Below are positions 36,629 to 46,551 of a stretch of 57,280 nucleotides of DNA, one piece after another. Made by a program: the position numbers and the translations under genes. Position 1 is the stretch's first letter; each line of letters starts with the position of its first letter. Source of the DNA: Patescibacteria group bacterium. Lineage in GTDB: Bacteria; Patescibacteriota; Minisyncoccia; Phycocordibacterales; UBA918. Where the stretch lies: NCBI GenBank assembly GCA_019750255.1, contig JAIEOU010000007.1:1-57280 (forward strand), read 5' to 3'. The notes beneath the pieces are model-generated. The model was not told where the DNA came from and made no database searches. It saw only the letters and a program-made list of their open reading frames with translations.

Positions 36629-36764
36629 GTCGCCTCATTATACCACTTTACTGACACTAACGTTGAGACAGTCTTTCAATACCTTTGGGGCCTTCTGGTG
36701 ATGAATAATTACCAGAGGAGGAAATGCTTCGACTATCTTTTGATTCCTCTAGTATACTGTCGCC

Positions 36765-37397
36765 ATGAGTATCACTAAAGACAAACCGCCGATCGAACGC
36801 CTAACCGCCTGGCTTGGTTCAATTTCGTCGCTCATCGTTCATACTATTATTTTTAGTAGTGCTTTCTTGATAGCTGCGCTTGGCTTTGCACCGTGGGATA
36901 GCGTGCTTTTAGTGGTGACCACCCTCGTATCCCTCGAGGCAATTTACCTTGCTATCTTTATCCAGATGAGCGTTAATCGCGCCCAACAAAGCCTTTCTGA
37001 AGTTGAGGCAGACGTGGCTGGTATCGAAGAGGATATTGAAGAAATTAGTGAGGATATTGAGGGTATAGAAAAGGACGTTGCAGAGATTGAAGAAAACATT
37101 GATGACATCAGTGAGGATATTGAGGGTATAGAAAAGGACGTTGCAGAGATTGAAGAAGGTATCGAAGAGATAAGTGAAGATATCGAAGAAATTGAGAAAG
37201 ATGTAGCGGGTATAGAGGAAAATATCGAAGAAGTCTCCGGTGACATTGAGGAACTACAGGGTGATATTGATGAACTGGCCGAAGTAGAAACAAAAGACAG
37301 CTCCCGTAAGCAAAAGCAAGAAGTCACCCTGAGTGAAATTACTGCAACGTTAGAGAAGCTTCTCGCCGATATTGAACAACTGAAGAAACGACAATAA
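36765..37397 (+). CDS. Membrane protein (DUF1003-like) with acidic heptad-repeat coiled coil
   Basis: WLGS..., LVSLEAIYLAIFIQMSVNR; EDIEGIEKDVAEIEE repeats. Confidence 0.8.
   Translation: MSITKDKPPIERLTAWLGSISSLIVHTIIFSSAFLIAALGFAPWDSVLLVVTTLVSLEAIYLAIFIQMSVNRAQQSLSEVEADVAGIEEDIEEISEDIEGIEKDVAEIEENIDDISEDIEGIEKDVAEIEEGIEEISEDIEEIEKDVAGIEENIEEVSGDIEELQGDIDELAEVETKDSSRKQKQEVTLSEITATLEKLLADIEQLKKRQ
37047..37157 (+). repeat. Intragenic 63-bp-period repeat (21 aa, three heptads)
   Basis: 48-bp identical stretch AGTGAGGATATTGAGGGT...GATTGAAGAA at 37047 and 37110. Confidence 0.85.
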
Positions 37398-37470
37398 CCA
37401 CAGTACTCGGGAACAGTTTTAATTGCACAACCCCACCGATACCACTCAGATATCGTTATACTGTATAAAC

Positions 37471-38406
37471 ATGAGGTGGGTAAAATGTATCGCTTCCCTG
37501 CTCGGCCTGTTTTCGTTTGGGCTTGTAGTGCTCGTGTTGTTTATTTTTTTACTCCTCCTTTTACGCCAGCTATTTCCCGTAGAGCCAATCCCGCTATTTC
37601 GTGAACAGCCCGGAAGCGCTATGGTGGAGCCGCCCTACCTGAAGTCGGAAGAAGCGGTAATTGCAGAGTCACCGACCGAAACCGCTAGTAGCACTACCGA
37701 AGCAGCCGTTACATTGTTACCAATAAAAGACGTACTCTTTGAGTACGTTGAGGTCGTACATGGCTGTGGACCACACTTCGAAGGTGAGTGCCTTAACGCG
37801 AGGAGCGGGCCTGGTGTTGAATTTCCAAGTGTCGCCAAGCTACGCAGTGGAATAGTGCTTAAGGTTGACGGAAAGGTTGAGGCCGCCAGTAGTACCTGGT
37901 ATAAAATTGTTTTTGATGAGTGGTTACGCTATCCAGAGCGCATGGCTAAAAACTTTTACGTTGCCGCAGAGTACGTTGAAATTTTACGTGACGAAGGCAA
38001 CCGCACGCACGACGGAATTTCTACTTCAACCAAACGCATCATTGTCGACCGGAGCGAACAGAAACTGTATGCCTATGATGGCGATACGGTGTTTATGGAC
38101 ACCAGCATCTCAACGGGCCTTGAACTGACCCCTACTCCGCGCGGTACCTTTACCATTTTTAAAAAGACCCCGAGCCGTTATATGCAAGGACCGCTCCCCT
38201 ACCTAGCAGTCAGCAAGTACTACGACCTGCCCGGCGTACCCTGGAATCTTTACTTCACAGAGCAAGGCGCCGTCATTCATGGTGCTTACTGGCATGATAG
38301 TTTTGGTAAACGCTACTCATCAGGCTGCGTCAACATGCGCCCTTATGAAGCGCGCACTCTGTATACCTGGGCCGAACTCGGCACCACTGTCACGGTCCGC
38401 GACTGA
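37471..38406 (+). CDS. L,D-transpeptidase (YkuD family) with N-terminal TM and SH3b-like domain
   Basis: LNARSGPG, IIVDRSEQKLYAY, STG..TPRG, IHGAYWH, SSGCVNM; start set at MRWVK. Confidence 0.9.
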   Translation: MRWVKCIASLLGLFSFGLVVLVLFIFLLLLLRQLFPVEPIPLFREQPGSAMVEPPYLKSEEAVIAESPTETASSTTEAAVTLLPIKDVLFEYVEVVHGCGPHFEGECLNARSGPGVEFPSVAKLRSGIVLKVDGKVEAASSTWYKIVFDEWLRYPERMAKNFYVAAEYVEILRDEGNRTHDGISTSTKRIIVDRSEQKLYAYDGDTVFMDTSISTGLELTPTPRGTFTIFKKTPSRYMQGPLPYLAVSKYYDLPGVPWNLYFTEQGAVIHGAYWHDSFGKRYSSGCVNMRPYEARTLYTWAELGTTVTVRD

Positions 38407-38412
38407 TCAACA

Positions 38413-38979
38413 TTAGAAAGGTAACCAGCTTCCAAACGTGGCAATAAGAAGCACGAGCGTAAAATTACCCAGAATTAAGGCCGGAAGGACCAACATTAAT
38501 GGTTGCCGGGCCGCACCCAGCATCATCGCCAGAATGTCATTAGGAAGAGGCGTAAATGCCGCGTAGGAGTAAACGACAGCAAATACATAAACCCGAGGCT
38601 TCTGTTCGAGCCACAAGCTCGTACGGACAATAAACCGCTGCAACCGACCGGCGGCGACTTCACGCAAACCGAGATGGCCGATATAGTAGAAAATCACATC
38701 TCCAATACTTACCCCAAGGCTCGAGGCAAGCGCAAGCAAGAGCGGATGCAGACCGGCGCTGGCAAGTGTCAATAAAGTCGCGAAATAGGTAACACTCGTG
38801 AAAGTAGAGAGCCCTCCAAAAAATGCCACGAGGAACATCACTACATACCCATTTTCAGCCCCAATAAATTCCACGATGCGCTCGGCACCAATAGTCGAAA
38901 GGAGCCACGTCCAGGCCGCCACCTTCAGCACGAGAAGGAAGGCGATAAAGAGCGTACGTTTACGCGGGTGCCAGGCCAT
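38413..38979 (-). CDS. DedA/VTT-like membrane protein
   Basis: Several TMs, SIGDVIFYYIG, FTPLPND. Confidence 0.75.
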   Translation of the reverse strand: MAWHPRKRTLFIAFLLVLKVAAWTWLLSTIGAERIVEFIGAENGYVVMFLVAFFGGLSTFTSVTYFATLLTLASAGLHPLLLALASSLGVSIGDVIFYYIGHLGLREVAAGRLQRFIVRTSLWLEQKPRVYVFAVVYSYAAFTPLPNDILAMMLGAARQPLMLVLPALILGNFTLVLLIATFGSWLPF

Positions 38980-39388
38980 AGAGATACGTCAGCATACCAT
39001 AATGAGCTATGTGAAATAAAAGGGCGCGGCAGCCAATATTGGCCGCCGCAACCCATCCTTCATTTCTTCTTCGTTTTTGCGTAAGCGCTCCACGCTCTGC
39101 GGGGCTCAATTTTACCTCACCCGGGAGCGTTGGCGTCTTTGCCGAAACCAGTGCGAAGCGAAGACCGCAGGCCTCGGCCAATGCCGTTGCTGTCCGCAAA
39201 TGTGGACGCTTGGTGTCCCCCGTTGCGAATTTTGCGACGGTACTGGTTCCGATGTTTGCCTTATCGGCAAGGCTTTGCCAGGTACCTCCGTTTCTTTGGG
39301 TACCCCACACGGCACCCCTCAAATCAGCATAGAGCCGATTGAATGGATCAGCTTCATCAAGGTCCTGGTTAATTTTCCGGTATGCCAT
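38960..39388 (-). CDS. Cro/XRE-like HTH protein
   Basis: WQSLADKANIGTSTVAKFATGDTKRPHLRT..ALAEACG; GGAGGGG SD; TTGACT-16-TATTAT promoter. Confidence 0.7.
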   Translation of the reverse strand: MAYRKINQDLDEADPFNRLYADLRGAVWGTQRNGGTWQSLADKANIGTSTVAKFATGDTKRPHLRTATALAEACGLRFALVSAKTPTLPGEVKLSPAERGALTQKRRRNEGWVAAANIGCRALLFHIAHYGMLTYLYGLAPA

Positions 39389-39538
39389 TTCCCCTCCATG
39401 GCATTGTAACTACATATATAATATAATGTTTTTATAAAAAGTCAAATAGGTATGGCTGAATTCATAGCCTAATCGCATAAAAGTGCGCATTGCACATACT
39501 ATAAATCTTTGATATCACGTACAGCGGAGGTACAACCG

Positions 39539-39883
39539 ATGCCAAAAGCCCTGTCCAATAAAGAAATTGGAGCCCGAGTGACCGCAGCTACACAGCGCCA
39601 CACCAGGTCAATTCTTGAAGCCGCCACTGCGGCCAAAGTGGACCAAAGCTTAACCACTGTTCTGATTAGTGGGAGCGAGAGCCGCAATCGGTTGATTCTC
39701 GATAAGGGAATTTCTGTTGGGTCTATCGTTTACGTGGGCAGCTCGGTGACGCCACATGAGGTAGCAATAATCCACCCAGACGGTCTACTTGAACTCGCCG
39801 GCCTTGCCTACCGAGTAAAGCCTGATAACGTCTCCCGCACGCCCCGTAACCACACGCCGCACAAGAAAGGAACGTCGCGCTAG
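39539..39883 (+). CDS. Hypothetical protein, divergent from the HTH gene
   Basis: GGAGG SD before MPKALS. Confidence 0.55.
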   Translation: MPKALSNKEIGARVTAATQRHTRSILEAATAAKVDQSLTTVLISGSESRNRLILDKGISVGSIVYVGSSVTPHEVAIIHPDGLLELAGLAYRVKPDNVSRTPRNHTPHKKGTSR

Positions 39884-39956
39884 CGAGTCCTTCTTGGGCG
39901 GCGTTTCTTGAACATTACTCATACTGGTTTTTGAACGCATATGCTAGGATGCTGCC

Positions 39957-41234
39957 ATGAAGCGCATCCCCACCAAACCTAAGCCCCAAACCATGTACGA
40001 CGTCATTGTTATTGGCGGCGGTCCAGCCGGCATGATGGCCGCCGGGCGAGCGGCCGAGCGCGGCGCCCGAGTACTCCTGCTTGAAAAAAATCCGTCGCTC
40101 GGCAAAAAGCTACTCATCACTGGTGGCGGTCGCTGCAATGTGACGAACGCCGAAGCCAACACACGCACTCTCCTCTCACACTTTAAAGACAGTGATAAAT
40201 TTCTCTTTTCCCCCTTCTCGCAGTGGAATTCTATTGATACCATTCGATTCTTTAACGAGCGCAACATGCCGACAAAAATTGAAGATAACCTACGTGTCTT
40301 CCCTACCTCAGACAAGGCCCAGTCGGTGTGGTCAGTATTGGTGCAGTATCTTAAGGAAGGCGCGGTGACGGTGAAGTCAGGTGAGGAGGTCAAAAGAATG
40401 GAGGCGCGAGGGACTGAAATTACAGGCGTCACCCTCAAGAGTGGCGAGATACTGACCGCTCAATCATACATACTGGCCACTGGTGGCAAATCACGTCCAG
40501 AAACCGGTTCAACCGGTGATGGCTTTGGGTGGCTTAGTACATTAGGTCACACCGTTAAAGAACCTGACGCGTCACTGGTACCCCTCACTCTTAAGGACAC
40601 CTGGACCAAACTACTCTCCGGACTTACCCTGCCTGAAGTTAAAATTAGCGTCTTTCAAAACGGTAAACGCTTTAACAGCAAAAAAGGCAAGCTGCTCTTC
40701 ACGCACGTTGGCGTAAGCGGGCCAACTATACTCAACATGAGCAAAGGTATCGGCGAACTACTTCCTTATGGTGAAGTCACTTTAGAGATTGATCTTTTCC
40801 CTGCTTACGATAATGGCACACTTGATCAAACATTAATTGCTCTTTTTGAAACACATAGTAATAAGCACTTTAAAAATATTCTCTGTGAACTACTCCCCAC
40901 GGCGCTCGCGAACGCCCTTATCGCGCACACCGCTATCAATCCGAACACTCCGTGCCATAGCATCAGTAAAGAAGCTCGCAAGGCATGTGGTCTACTACTT
41001 AAACACGTACCCCTGCGTGTAAAGGGTCTCCTTGGTGTCGACAAAGCCATAGTGACCTCAGGCGGCGTATCACTAGACGAAATAAACACAAGGACTATGT
41101 GCTCACGACAATTTAACAATCTGTATATTGTTGGCGACCTCCTCAATATCGACCGACCATCGGGCGGCTATAGCCTACAGCTCTGTTGGACCACGGGTTT
41201 TGTGGCAGGTAGTTCAGTTGCACTAGATTCCTAG
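39957..41234 (+). CDS. HI0933/BaiN-family flavoprotein (NAD(P)/FAD oxidoreductase)
   Basis: IGGGPAGMMAA, GKKLLITGGGRCNVTN, ATGG, GSTGDG, LFTH.GVSGP, TSGGV, GGYSLQ. Confidence 0.93.
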   Translation: MKRIPTKPKPQTMYDVIVIGGGPAGMMAAGRAAERGARVLLLEKNPSLGKKLLITGGGRCNVTNAEANTRTLLSHFKDSDKFLFSPFSQWNSIDTIRFFNERNMPTKIEDNLRVFPTSDKAQSVWSVLVQYLKEGAVTVKSGEEVKRMEARGTEITGVTLKSGEILTAQSYILATGGKSRPETGSTGDGFGWLSTLGHTVKEPDASLVPLTLKDTWTKLLSGLTLPEVKISVFQNGKRFNSKKGKLLFTHVGVSGPTILNMSKGIGELLPYGEVTLEIDLFPAYDNGTLDQTLIALFETHSNKHFKNILCELLPTALANALIAHTAINPNTPCHSISKEARKACGLLLKHVPLRVKGLLGVDKAIVTSGGVSLDEINTRTMCSRQFNNLYIVGDLLNIDRPSGGYSLQLCWTTGFVAGSSVALDS

Positions 41235-41423
41235 CGAAGCACTAAATGAGGCGATTAGCATTGGTCCTAGTATTGCAGCCAGGAGCAATGGCGCCACTAT
41301 CATAGCAAGCGATGACCACATAATGACGAGGAGGTATGTGCGCGTTTTCTCCGTTACTGCATGCACAGCATCTACTTTGGCTTCAAGGCGCGAGAGCCGC
41401 TCGTCTGTTGAGTTGGAATCCAT
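41223..41423 (-). CDS. Small membrane protein
   Basis: Short coiled coil followed by a hydrophobic C-terminus; follows the hydrolase gene. Confidence 0.6.
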   Translation of the reverse strand: MDSNSTDERLSRLEAKVDAVHAVTEKTRTYLLVIMWSSLAMIVAPLLLAAILGPMLIASFSASLGI

Positions 41424-41440
41424 AAAGAAATGAGTAGCAA

Positions 41441-42234
41441 TTACTGGAGGTGCTGCTCCAGAAACGCCAGCGTCTTACCCCAGGCATCGGCTGTCTCAGC
41501 GGGAGCAAAGTTTGGATTAGAAGGATTCGCAAAGGCGTGACCTACACCTTCATACATATATATCTCTGCCGGAACGCCAAGGTTTTTAAGATTTGACTCA
41601 AATACTGCGACTGAGGACGTTGGTACCACCTGATCAACCGATCCAAATATGCCGAGTACAGGACTCTTAAGTTGAGTAAGCACTGCCTGGTCCTCCGGTA
41701 GGCGACCGTAGTAAATTACCGTAGCGTCAAGATTTTCTCCTGAGGTTGAGAGGGCGAGCGATTCGGCGCCACCAAAACACCACCCAAGTGAGGCAATTTT
41801 TGGAGCTCCTTCTTTGCGCAAGAAGGCAGTAGCGGTACGCATATTCTGGATACCAACGGCGCGGTCGTACTGCGAGCTGTAGGCGCGCGCTTCTTCCTGG
41901 GTTTGCATTACCGTACCTTTGTAGAGATCAACCGCGAGAACACGGTAGCCCTCGGCAGCCAGTTCATCGGCTGCACGTTTTATTTCTTCGCGCAACCCAC
42001 GATTTTCGTGAATCATGACGACACCGGGATATGAACCCTCCGCGGCCGGCTTGGCATAATATCCACGAGAATCATTGAAATACTCAACCTCTTCTCCCAC
42101 GACCGCCAGCGCTACTGGTGCTTCTTCAGGCACAGCCTCAGGCGCAAGCACTTTTTTTCATCCGGCCACAAAGCAATTGCTCCTATAACAATAATGAATA
42201 TCGCTACCACTCTGAGTACATTTAATGCATGCAT
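41441..42234 (-). CDS. Dienelactone hydrolase family protein; N-terminal anchor separated by a -1 frameshift at 42152-42158
   Basis: PGVVMIHE, GWCFGG nucleophile, GHAFAN; upstream frame encodes MHALNVLRVVAIFIIVIGAIALWPDEKK. Confidence 0.85.
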
Positions 42235-42289
42235 ATTATAGATAGAGGTGATGAATAAACGTACTTCCAGTATACCAGCCTCTTCCCTT

Positions 42290-43585
42290 TCAAGTACCGT
42301 ATCCTTCGTACATACTCTCGCGTTTAAGCGAACGCGCGAGGAACGTAGCCACAAAACAACCGATAAGGAGCGGGATGATAAGCTCACGATCACCCACTAT
42401 TTCGTAGGTGATAAGAGCCGCAGTAACAGGAGCGTGCGCGGCTCCGGCAAAAACTGCCGCCATTCCTACAACGACGCAGATTACCGCGTCTGCTGGAGAC
42501 AGCACGCCATAGTGCACGGCGACGGAACCAAACACACTACCAAGAATGGTACCAAGGAGCAGCGAGGGTGCAAAAATTCCGCCCGCTCCGCCAGAACCAA
42601 GCGTTACCCCAGTTGCTAGCATTTTCATTAAAAATAAACCGAGGAGAAAAGAAAGCGGCAAGGTGGTGAGCGCCATCAAATCGACCATGAGCGGATACGC
42701 CGCGGGCTCATGGATATAAGGAATATACAAACTAATAAGACCGATGACAAAACCACCAAGCGCGGGACGCAACACTCTCGGAAACGGAAATCGAGCAAAA
42801 ATAACCTGGGCGGCGCGCAGTACCATACCAAACAGCAGGGCCGTAAGCGCCGCTGCTGCCCCAAGCACAATCACCACAGCGCCATCAGGCCACCACACAA
42901 AACTTGGTACGGCCTCAACGGCGAAACGCAGACCACTGTGTCCAGTAAGTAGTCGAGTGAGTACTTCACCCAAAAGTGCCGACACCGCAATCAGTCCGGT
43001 GCGAAAAAACGTCGGCTGGTGCTTCAAAATTTCAATGGTAAATAGTACGCCCGCAAATGGTGCACCAAACGTTCCGCCAATAGCGGCAGCCGCGCCACAA
43101 GCCAACAACAGCGAACGCTCAGTCTGTACCATACCGAACAGCTGCCCCACCGAAGATCCAATTGCCGACCCAATTTGAATTACGGGACCCTCCCGCCCAG
43201 CAGAACCACCGGAAGAGAGCGTGAGCGCAGCGGCCACAATCTTTACCGGCGCTACGATGGGTCGTATCATGCCTTGATGAAGCGTGAGCGCCTCAACCAC
43301 CTCGGGAACACCCTCCCCTTCAGCCTCACGCACTCGCGCAATTTTAAACAAAATTCCCACGAGCAATCCACCCACGGCAGGAATTAGTATCCGCAGCCAC
43401 CACGGCATGCTCTCTACGCTCCCAATAAAATCACTGCCGAAGTCTCCATAAAACAGCCGGGTACCAGTGGCGATAAGAAAATGGAATACCGTGGCCCCGA
43501 GCGCACCTCCCACTCCAACCATAAGCGCGAGCACTAGCAGCGCTAACGGTGACGCTTTACTAAACCAGACGCGAAGTGACGGCAT
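42290..43585 (-). CDS. ClC-family chloride channel / Cl-/H+ antiporter (no CBS domains)
   Basis: GEGVPE, GGSAGREGP, GGIFAP, AHAPVTA. Confidence 0.92.
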   Translation of the reverse strand: MPSLRVWFSKASPLALLVLALMVGVGGALGATVFHFLIATGTRLFYGDFGSDFIGSVESMPWWLRILIPAVGGLLVGILFKIARVREAEGEGVPEVVEALTLHQGMIRPIVAPVKIVAAALTLSSGGSAGREGPVIQIGSAIGSSVGQLFGMVQTERSLLLACGAAAAIGGTFGAPFAGVLFTIEILKHQPTFFRTGLIAVSALLGEVLTRLLTGHSGLRFAVEAVPSFVWWPDGAVVIVLGAAAALTALLFGMVLRAAQVIFARFPFPRVLRPALGGFVIGLISLYIPYIHEPAAYPLMVDLMALTTLPLSFLLGLFLMKMLATGVTLGSGGAGGIFAPSLLLGTILGSVFGSVAVHYGVLSPADAVICVVVGMAAVFAGAAHAPVTAALITYEIVGDRELIIPLLIGCFVATFLARSLKRESMYEGYGT

Positions 43586-43666
43586 ACGATTTCATGTATT
43601 GTACGGTACGGCCGCCCCAAGCGAGACTTCATTCTCCCCCAGCGCGCCATGCTACAATCGCACCAT

Positions 43667-44257
43667 ATGCAAAAAATCGTCACAAATTTGTGGTTTGATG
43701 AAAATGCCGAGGAAGCCGTCCGCTACTACACGGGTATTTTCAAGCACTGTCGGATTCTCCACACCTCATATTACGGAGAGGCAGCGGCTAAGCGCCTTGG
43801 TCGCACCCCGGGGTCGGTTCTCGTCATCACCTTCGAACTCGAAGGGCAGCAATTTGCCGCGATTAATGGTGGACCACACTTTTCTTTCACACCAGCCATT
43901 TCTCTGGTCGTTAATTGCGAAACCCAGGCAGAACTAGATAAAATCTGGAAAAAATTAGCCGCTAAAGGCAGTGTTGAGCAGTGCGGTTGGTTGCGCGACC
44001 GCTTTGGTGTGTCATGGCAGGTAGTACCGACGCGACTCCAAGAACTTATGGCAACGCCAGGAGAAGCGGCCAACCGGGTTGTTGCGGCAATGCTGGATAT
44101 GAAAAAGCTCGAACTCGACGTGCTCGAGGCCGCCTATAGAGAAGCTGCCCAAACAACCGAAATGGCCTTCAAGGAAGTTCCGCAGAGAACTCTCGTTACG
44201 AAAACGACACAGCCAGAAGCACGACCTAAGCGAAGTCCGTCGACAAAGGAAGAGTAA
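43667..44257 (+). CDS. VOC family protein (PhnB / 3-demethylubiquinone-9 3-methyltransferase-like)
   Basis: MQKIVTNLWF, AEEAVRYY, NGGPHF, CGWLRDRFGVSWQVVP. Confidence 0.9.
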   Translation: MQKIVTNLWFDENAEEAVRYYTGIFKHCRILHTSYYGEAAAKRLGRTPGSVLVITFELEGQQFAAINGGPHFSFTPAISLVVNCETQAELDKIWKKLAAKGSVEQCGWLRDRFGVSWQVVPTRLQELMATPGEAANRVVAAMLDMKKLELDVLEAAYREAAQTTEMAFKEVPQRTLVTKTTQPEARPKRSPSTKEE

Positions 44258-44324
44258 CCCAACATTGACGCAAGCACTCTTTGCTGGCATGCTTTCTACA
44301 GTCTCGTACATGAGGAGAGCACGA

Positions 44325-44489
44325 ATGATGACCGGTTCCAACCTACCCACAGATCCCCCGAAGACCAGTGAGCGCGAGCCTGGTTATCTCGACCGAACCC
44401 TCACGGGCTTTCACGGAAAAACCAATTTTCTTTCTCCCCGAACCGGAAAAGAGCAGCGACCGGCTGGCGATGTCCTTGAGCTCGACTGA
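44325..44489 (+). CDS. Possible small protein (54 aa)
   Basis: TTGACG-17-CATGCT promoter-like sequence, GAGGAG SD and a terminator right after the stop. Confidence 0.4.
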   Translation: MMTGSNLPTDPPKTSEREPGYLDRTLTGFHGKTNFLSPRTGKEQRPAGDVLELD

Positions 44490-44499
44490 ATCCCACCCT

Positions 44500-44525
44500 T
44501 GACCCCTCGAGCAATCGAGGGGTCA
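44500..44525 (+). terminator. Probable intrinsic terminator
   Basis: TGACCCCTCGA-gcaa-TCGAGGGGTCA followed by T-rich sequence. Confidence 0.7.
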
Positions 44526-44605
44526 CTTGTTATTTTGATACACATTACTTATGTGGCCCACTAACATTACAGTCCCGCCTATCAGTGCTATACTGGGCCC
44601 ATCAC

Positions 44606-45700
44606 ATGTCCGACGCAGAGCATGACACCATCACCCTCAAAGAAGAGTCGGGCCGCTTTAAAGCGGCCTTTGATACACTGCTTGAGCGATATATCACTGA
44701 AAAAACCACACGCTATAGCGCGCAGTTTAATAGCGCATCGCTCCAAGCACTCTTTCAGCATTTAGTCGCCGTCTGCAGCGGGGGTAAACGGTTGAGGCCC
44801 TTTATGGTATTTCGTCTGTACCGGGAAAGTCATCCTGAGGCGACACTCCACGACATTAAAGAAGTACTACTTGCAGTTGAACTCTTTCACATCTTTTGCC
44901 TCATCCACGACGACATCATGGATGAAGCGCCGCAACGCCACGGTGTCGCCACACTCCATCAGTTTGCTAGTAATACAGTGTACGGCGATGCACCGCGACA
45001 GAGTACAGTACGGCGAGCCGGCGAGAGTCACGGCATCCTCATTGGTGATCTAGTCTTTAACCTGGTCATGGAGCTGCTTGGGGAGGCACAAGATCGGAAC
45101 CTCCCCCACATGAAAGAAGTACGACGCCTCTTTCATACGTTAGTCGAAGAGGTGTGCCTCGGACAAATGCTCGATATTGACTTTACCGTTCGCGCCGAGG
45201 TCGATGAAAACGAGGTCTTACTCAAAAATCAATATAAGACCGCACGGTATTCTTTTGTGCGACCCCTCCACATCGGAGCCACGCTCGCTGGCCGGCCCGA
45301 ACTTCTCCCTGCCGGAGAAGCCTTTGGTCTCGCGCTCGGTCAACTCTACCAAATTCAAGACGACATACTGGATATCGTGGGTGACAGTAAAGAAACCAAA
45401 AAGGACACGATGACGGATGTGACACAAAACCAACACACCGTACTGACCGCATATGTCCGAGAACACGGTGGCACAGCGGCAGAACTACTAGAGCAGGCGG
45501 TCGGAAAATCCTTGGACGAGGAAGACAAAGCCGCGCTTCGTGCCATGTTTACCACCTCAGGAGCACTCAAACACGCACACAATCTTGTTGCGGTGTTTGA
45601 AGCCAGTGCATATGCAGCCCTGGAAGATCCGGCCCTCACGAGTCGTGATCGGACTTTCTTTTCAACGATTGCGACACTCATTCATAAACACTCTACCTAA
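44606..45700 (+). CDS. crtE: Polyprenyl (GGPP) synthase
   Basis: GGKRLRP, LIHDDIMD, GQMLD, KTARYS, QIQDDILD; first gene of the crt cluster. Confidence 0.88.
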   Translation: MSDAEHDTITLKEESGRFKAAFDTLLERYITEKTTRYSAQFNSASLQALFQHLVAVCSGGKRLRPFMVFRLYRESHPEATLHDIKEVLLAVELFHIFCLIHDDIMDEAPQRHGVATLHQFASNTVYGDAPRQSTVRRAGESHGILIGDLVFNLVMELLGEAQDRNLPHMKEVRRLFHTLVEEVCLGQMLDIDFTVRAEVDENEVLLKNQYKTARYSFVRPLHIGATLAGRPELLPAGEAFGLALGQLYQIQDDILDIVGDSKETKKDTMTDVTQNQHTVLTAYVREHGGTAAELLEQAVGKSLDEEDKAALRAMFTTSGALKHAHNLVAVFEASAYAALEDPALTSRDRTFFSTIATLIHKHST

Positions 45701-45705
45701 TCATC

Positions 45706-46551
45706 ATGAAAGCTGCAGCCATTGAAAAAGCCCGCCGGATTGAAAAACGTCACGGTACAAGCTACTACCTAGCTACCCTCTTTCTCCCCCGCGAATACCG
45801 CGAGGCAGTGTTTATACTGTATGCCTTTGTGCGTATACCTGACGAGATAGTTGATAACCCGGCTGCCGGCAGTGACCCGGCTGTTGAGCTCGACAATTGG
45901 AAGCACGACTGGATTCAGTGCTATGACACGGGAGAGACCAAACGCAGTATCCTAGAAGCAACTCGCGAAGTGTTTCTCCGCTACCATATTCCTCTTCCAG
46001 TCAGCATCGAGTTTATAGACGCAATGCTCCTTGACCTCACCAAAACCCGTTACACTACCTACGAGGAATTGCAGTCGTACATGCGAGGGTCTGCCCAGGT
46101 GGTGGGAGTCATGCTCACCTATATTTTTGGCTACCGTGATGAGCGCGCCTTTCCACGAGCTGAAGCGCTTGGTGAAGCGATGCAGCTGACAAATTTCCTC
46201 CGCGATGTTCGGGAAGACTATGATGAGCGCGGGCGAATTTACCTGCCACAAAGCGAGATGACCAAGCATGGCGTCACCGAAGACATGATCAAGCACCACG
46301 CCACTACCCCCGAGTTTATTGCGCTCATGAAGCAAGAGATTGCCAGAGCGCGCCGGCTGTACACCGAAGCCGAGCCAGGTGTTGCATTACTTTCACCCAA
46401 AGCCCGACGGGCGGTTATCCTTGCCTCCCGCTTCTACGCAGCGATACTCGACCAAATTGAAAGACAGCACTACAACGTGTTTACCAAACGCGCCCGTGTA
46501 TCCAAGCTCCGCAAATGCCTTATTATTTTACGTACCTATGTCAACAACTAA
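45706..46551 (+). CDS. crtB: Phytoene synthase
   Basis: TSYYLATLFLP, LYAFVRIPDEIVD, AMQLTNFLRDVRED, GRIYLP. Confidence 0.93.
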   Translation: MKAAAIEKARRIEKRHGTSYYLATLFLPREYREAVFILYAFVRIPDEIVDNPAAGSDPAVELDNWKHDWIQCYDTGETKRSILEATREVFLRYHIPLPVSIEFIDAMLLDLTKTRYTTYEELQSYMRGSAQVVGVMLTYIFGYRDERAFPRAEALGEAMQLTNFLRDVREDYDERGRIYLPQSEMTKHGVTEDMIKHHATTPEFIALMKQEIARARRLYTEAEPGVALLSPKARRAVILASRFYAAILDQIERQHYNVFTKRARVSKLRKCLIILRTYVNN

